A stretch of DNA of 64,000 nt from Candidatus Omnitrophota bacterium (lineage in GTDB: Bacteria > Omnitrophota > Gorgyraeia > 2-01-FULL-45-10). Positions 56,201 to 62,200 of the stretch are shown here, one piece after another. The position numbers were made by a program, and so were the translations under genes. The stretch spans positions 26 through 64,025 of the forward strand of contig JAGOLR010000002.1 in assembly GCA_017993955.1 (NCBI GenBank), in the 5' to 3' direction. A model generated the notes under the pieces. The model ran no database searches, was not told the origin of the DNA, and saw nothing but the letters and a program-made list of their open reading frames with translations. Each line of letters starts with the position of its first letter. The first letter of the stretch is position 1.

Positions 56201-59200
56201 CGGTAAGCTCATCTATGAGATAACCTATAGTAGTATGAGGGATATAATCCTGGTACGGCATTGTCTCGCCTGGCATGCGCGCTTGGCACAACCTATATAC
56301 CTCCTCGATAGTCGTGATATCTGCCGCGCCAAGAGTCATCGGTACATACAATGCTCCATTCGGCATAATATCGACGCCCTGACCCTTTAAAATCATCGAA
56401 TGCAACCTGGTAGATAACACTTCATCGGCCACGGCCTTCCTCCGCTCTATGTCGTTTTCACTAAAGGCACGGGCGGATGTCTTAAACCCTACTATAGTTA
56501 CATGAGCGGTCTCGGGATTATTCCATGATATCTTATCCAATATGCTCTGAGGCAGCTCAGCCTTCATGGATTCCTGCGCGCTTTGCATCAATCCAGGCGC
56601 TACAGGGAAAGCTGAATATATGCTATACGCTTCCTCGATTACCCTTTCCCGGCTTACCTCGAGTCTATCGCGAACTGATATCTCTTCGCCTGGTACAACC
56701 TCTCCCGGACTCTTAGGTAGCCCCATTACCTGGGCATCATATGTAATAAAGTTGCCTTTTGCATCGTAGGTCTCTTTGAGAGGCATAATGGCTTCTTTAT
56801 TTACCGCGGGAACCTGTTTCCAGATAAATTGATTTACCCATGCGGCTATCTCATCCCTAAGCTTGCCCTGGCGGCCGGTGACATCCGGCAGATCCAGATC
56901 TTTACGCGATAGATCATTCAGAGTGCCGTTGATAACGGCACCGGGATCGCTGAGGAACGCGTTAATATCCAGGAACTTTTTCTTCTCTAGATCTGTCAAT
57001 TCCATCTCTCTGCTCGTCATCAAAGGATTTCTCTGGACGGCAAGCTTCTCTATGAACTCCCGCCACTCTTCCGGGTGTGTTCTGATAATATGTTCGAGCA
57101 CCGACTCATTGAATCCAAGATCACGAGGTAATGATAGGGAGTTCCTTACATTCATAGCTTCAGTCTCTACAAGACTTCTAAGGAATTTTTCAAATTCTTT
57201 CAATGCATTATCCCTATCCGTATCCGTCTTATAAGTCCTCCTTATAAGACTACTTATTTCATCCACGTTCTTGCCGGCAAATGCTCCTTCTTCGGCGTCT
57301 GTCAACTTCTGGGTAATATCTTTGCTATCCTTTAGTGCCTTCAAGAAGTTCTTAAGCGCGGCGTCTTTCGGCGCAGAACTCCCCAATGCATTCACTATAT
57401 CCGCGTCTGACGCGCCACTTATAACCAGACTACTCACTTTTTTAGCTGTCTTATCGTCCATATCAAAACTGAAACGCTTAATAAACCCGCTCCCATCCGG
57501 GTTTTCGGCAAGCATGTTAAAATCGAAATAGTATCCGCCGCGCAGGAACTTCATATGCGGATAATGCGTATACAACGTCAGCGCATTTCTAAGGGCCCTG
57601 CGTTCTCTTACAGACATCGTCTGACCGGCTTTGATATAACCTATATCTTCCGCTATCTGTTCCTCTGTAAATATTCTATACTCCGCAGCCTTCGCAGATT
57701 TCAGATAGTCATCTATTTTCTTGCGCATTTCCCGGCTCTTCCAGCCATAGTATTTTTCTGTTACAAATCCCTTAAGAATAAACGGAACCAGCAACAAAGC
57801 AAATCCTGACGCTGTCCAGTTTAGACTCGCCGCCCATATGCCATACAAGATAACCCCGGCGAAAGGAATGAAAGCAAATGATATGAACCTGTATGGTTTC
57901 CATATCTTGTCCTTCATGATAGACTGCCAGGACCAAACTATAGACGACAACCCGCCTTTTATTATAGCCTTTGCCATCTCTCTCTTATTGCTATCGACCA
58001 ATATCCATACTATAGCCGGGGCAGCCATTATGAAAGGCGCTAACGTAGAACTTGAGACAGCCATTGAAGCCAGTAATAGGTTAACAAATACAGCTATATT
58101 GCTTATGGCTTTCTTATGTAGAGGTTCGGGTCTGTCTTTAGGGAATATTAAACCTTCTAAGGTCACTAATAATTGCATAGCCGCTATAATACCTAAGGCT
58201 ATAAGGTAAGTAGCCGGCACAGCGGTAAGTCCTACCATGATCCCGTCTGCGGCCGGGAATATTGAATGGACCAAGGCCCGCAGGGCCGGCAAACCAAAGT
58301 ATACAGCGCCTCCCGCTCCGATAGTTGTTGCAAATCCGGCTAAACTGCCCAACCAACGCGTTTTCAAATTATCGAATATACGTTTATTGTTGAACATATA
58401 TCCAGAAACCAGATATGAGGTTACAAGCATAGAATAAAGCATAGCTGTGCCAAATGCGGTTCCCGGGAAGAAAGGTGCGGCCACTATAAGAAGAGGTATC
58501 ATTATGGCCCCTATCATAGCGCCTCTCTTGTTTACCTCATGTATGAAACGAAGCGTCAAAATTACCGAAGGCGTCATACGTTTAGTAGCGGGGAATACGT
58601 CTTTACCGCCTAAAGTATCCTGAATGATCGCGTCAAAATAGTGAGGATGTTCGGAAGTGGCGCCGAAAGATATGCCGGGCCTGAAGAATGCCGCATACAT
58701 AAATCTTATGAATCCGAAAGGCGAGCCATAAAGGCTATTCATGAGTATTATCGATGTAAGAGTTATCGAAAGCGCCAGCGTAAGGCCAAGCCCCACAAAT
58801 ACAATACCGAACGGGAAGGCCAAGGCGGGATCGATATTAAGTATTGCGCTAAATAGCAGGAATGAGATACCTGTCAGCACTACCAATACCTTAAGGCTCC
58901 AGAAAGCCGCGATATTGAACATATGGGTCCACTTCCAGTGCAAGGGCGCCTTGGAACTGTAAGCGAATAGTATGCCCAGGGCATCCTGTACCATTTCATA
59001 ATGGTCGGCCGCGTATTTTTTATCCGGGGCCAGGTCCGCAAGCCATGTGGTGGTCTTACCCCATCCTATCAGCATGCCATGGTTGTAGGCTATTCTGAGG
59101 CCGTTTGCGAAACCGAAGAATGTCAGCGTAAGGTCTTCTGCGTTCCTTATTATGGGAGCTATGCCGTACATCTGCTCCATAACCTCTTTATGCATGTACT

Positions 59201-62200
59201 TGCCGTACTCGCCTACTACGCCCGTCTCTTCCATAAATAGCTGTGTCATCATGCACCACGAGCGCTCTATGCTGGCTTTGATATCCGCGAACGGGCTAAG
59301 AGCCGCATCGGCTCCGTAAAGCGGATAGCTTAACCCCATTATGTTCGGACGCGACAGCTCATCCACGTTATTGGGTAGCCACAGCGTCTCTTCCGGCCTC
59401 GGGTTCATATTAGCATCCAGGCGCATCGATACCCCGTGCCTGTATCTTCCGAAATTAGATATTATGGCCGCCTTGACACCTACCGCCACCTCCGGTATCT
59501 GCACAACTCCGTTAAGCCACTTGGTGGCAGGACCTGGAGGACCTCTCACACCTGTATTGGCAAGGCGGGATATGTAGAAATTATTCTCCGGACGGTCGAA
59601 TATGAATTTATCCGAAAGCATAGGATCCTTGCCAGGCGGAGCGCCTTGTACAACAGTATATACATGAAACTTCTCCTTCACGAGATTGTCGTAATAGAGA
59701 TCAAATTTAATGAATTCCATCTCATCCTTGTCCAGATAGGTTGAGCCCAAAACCAGTCCTTGCTCGGCATCAGTCAATATAACAATTGGCAGCCACCCGG
59801 TTCTTGTAATAACGCCTTTAAGACTTTCGATACGGTCTGCCGGCATGCCACTCTTGGCAAGAATATCTAAAACTTTACCCGCAAGCGACTTTCTTTCAGA
59901 GCCGCCTGCCTCCGGGCCGTATTTATTCTTGAGCGTAATATATCGACCGTTATAGAAGCTATTTTCAGCCAAGTCTCGGAATGACCTGTACATCGTCTTA
60001 TAACCTTCCAGGGTCCTCCGCACTCCGGGCAGGCGCATATTAGCCCAGTCGACTATTCTTTCCTTTATGACCTCAAAATCATCTTTAGTATAGCCAATGG
60101 CCGACATCTCCGATTCCAATTTAGCGGCATCGGTATCCCGGCTGAAATTTATGACCCTCAAAAGCTTCTTGACGTCTTCTTTTGCATCCATGTTATCGAC
60201 GAAGTTGCGCCATTCATCCGGGTAACTTTCCGCCACCAGGTGGTAGAGTTCGGTGGGATACGCGCTCTGATCGAAATCCCATATCTTAGTGCCGGATTTG
60301 TCTTGTTTACTAGCCACATAAGATGTGAGGTCTTCCCAAGTCTTCGCGAACTCTTCTTCGTAAGCAGAATTATAACCTACCGTGAAAGGCCTCTCTGTCC
60401 ATTGCCTGAAGATGGGCGGGGTATCCTTCCTGTAGAATGTATTGAGTATCCTCTTTAACCTCTCGAGCCCTCTTGCAGTGCTTATCTCTACATGTTCGAA
60501 TTGAAGCAATTTGTCGCGCTCGGCGGTACCGATATGCCCTTCATTCCATAAGCAGTATATCTGGTATTTATAAGAAGAAAGCGCCCTAGAAGCGACCTCT
60601 TCGTCATTTTGGAACCTATCGACCCTGTAATTATCGAAATTCGCATTATGGTAGAAATCTTTTATTCTCGCATCTTTCCAGAAGAGATAACCGGTCAATA
60701 ACGCGGAAGTCAGCATAGCCAAAGGCAGTACATAAAGCCCGGCCGAACCTAAGGCGGCTCCTATAGCCGAATAAGCGCCTGTACCTACACCGTATATATT
60801 CGCTGCGATGCTTAAGCCTCCGAAGGCCGCAAGCCCTGCACCGGATATAACACTTACCATGCCGGCTATGCTTCCTGATATTCCTCTTGGCTCACTACCC
60901 TTGCCCGTAAGTTTAAATTTAACCGCATCTAGGGCCGCGTTGACATCGAGCCTTCCGTATCTTACATCGAACATGTGCCTTTCTTTGATGGCCTTAAGTA
61001 TCACCGGCACCTGTCCCGAATACATGGAGCCCCTAAGCATGAATATGAAGAATAGCCCTAATAATAAATGGACAGGCAGTCCTATGAATAGAGCGAACTT
61101 CAATCCCGTAAGTCCGAACATTCCAGAAAGCATCGGAAGCGCAAATATCCATGAGAATATGGGCAGGGACAGGTTCAATAACCCCGGTATAGAGAATGTG
61201 AGATGTTCGAGATGGCGCGGTTTACCGCTTATCTCTCGTACCTTCAATATCGATTTCTGCCATATCAAAAGCGATCCGGCGGCGGTAAGAGACGATAACC
61301 ATACCGGCAGGCCTATGCTATTTGCGCCAAAGGCTATGCCTATGCCGGCAGCTATTGCTACAAACTCCCTGAATCCTGGTATTATCCTGCCCCATCTTTC
61401 AAAATGAGAGATGCTCCGGATGGCCTTATTCTGCTCTTCCTCGGAAAGCTTATTCCATTCGTCTTCTGCCATAAATGCATGTTCTGGTCTGCCCTGAGAC
61501 CTCATCTTCTTGAATATACCTATCTGGCTGTCCATAAGCCCGGTTGGAGCCACCGCAAGGCTGTCTATGAATCTGTCCCATCCGCCTTCGCTCAGCCTGT
61601 CAAACCCTACCTGCGCAAGTTTAAGAGTCAAGAGAAGCAGGGTAGCAACGACAGGCGTTACAGTAGTGATGGATGAGAAATAACCGTATAAGAAATGGCT
61701 TCCGGCAATTGCCAATATCGACATAGCGGAAATAAAATAGCCGTCTAGAAATGTTATAGCTTTAAGGGTCCTTATGGGCGATATGTAAACTGTAGGCCTT
61801 GTAAATATGGGCATCTGGGCTTCTTTCATGCTCTCGAAAGCCGGCGGAAGCATAAGCCTGTCTACTATCTCCTGCATGATGTAGCCGTGCATCGGTTCGT
61901 TTTTAGTTCGTGACCATTCAAATACCTTCCTCATGGTCTTATAGGGCACGACTTTGTTATCATCAAGAGCATTAACTTCTGTGGCTATATTCTGAGGCAG
62001 AGACGCTACGTTGTTTAATATTTTCTTGAATATGCTGCCGGTCAATTGATAACCCTGGAACGGATCCTCGTAATCTTTGGTCGCCATCATCCTGGAGAGA
62101 TAAACTTCCTCAAAATACGAGCGCCATATCCAGTTCTCGATTCCCTTTCTCAATTTGTGGTTTACCTTGAAGTACTGGTCGCCTAATAGATACAGTACGC

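Noticed and set aside
420-61676. About 150 plus-strand ORFs of 60-263 aa in the track (e.g. 726..1310, 38714..39505, 44460..45068, 60808..61407).
   Set aside because: All lie antisense to, and fully inside, the uninterrupted giant minus-strand ORFs. They have no Shine-Dalgarno sequences, no recognisable domains, and low-complexity Ala/Ser/Arg-rich translations typical of shadow ORFs opposite a coding strand.
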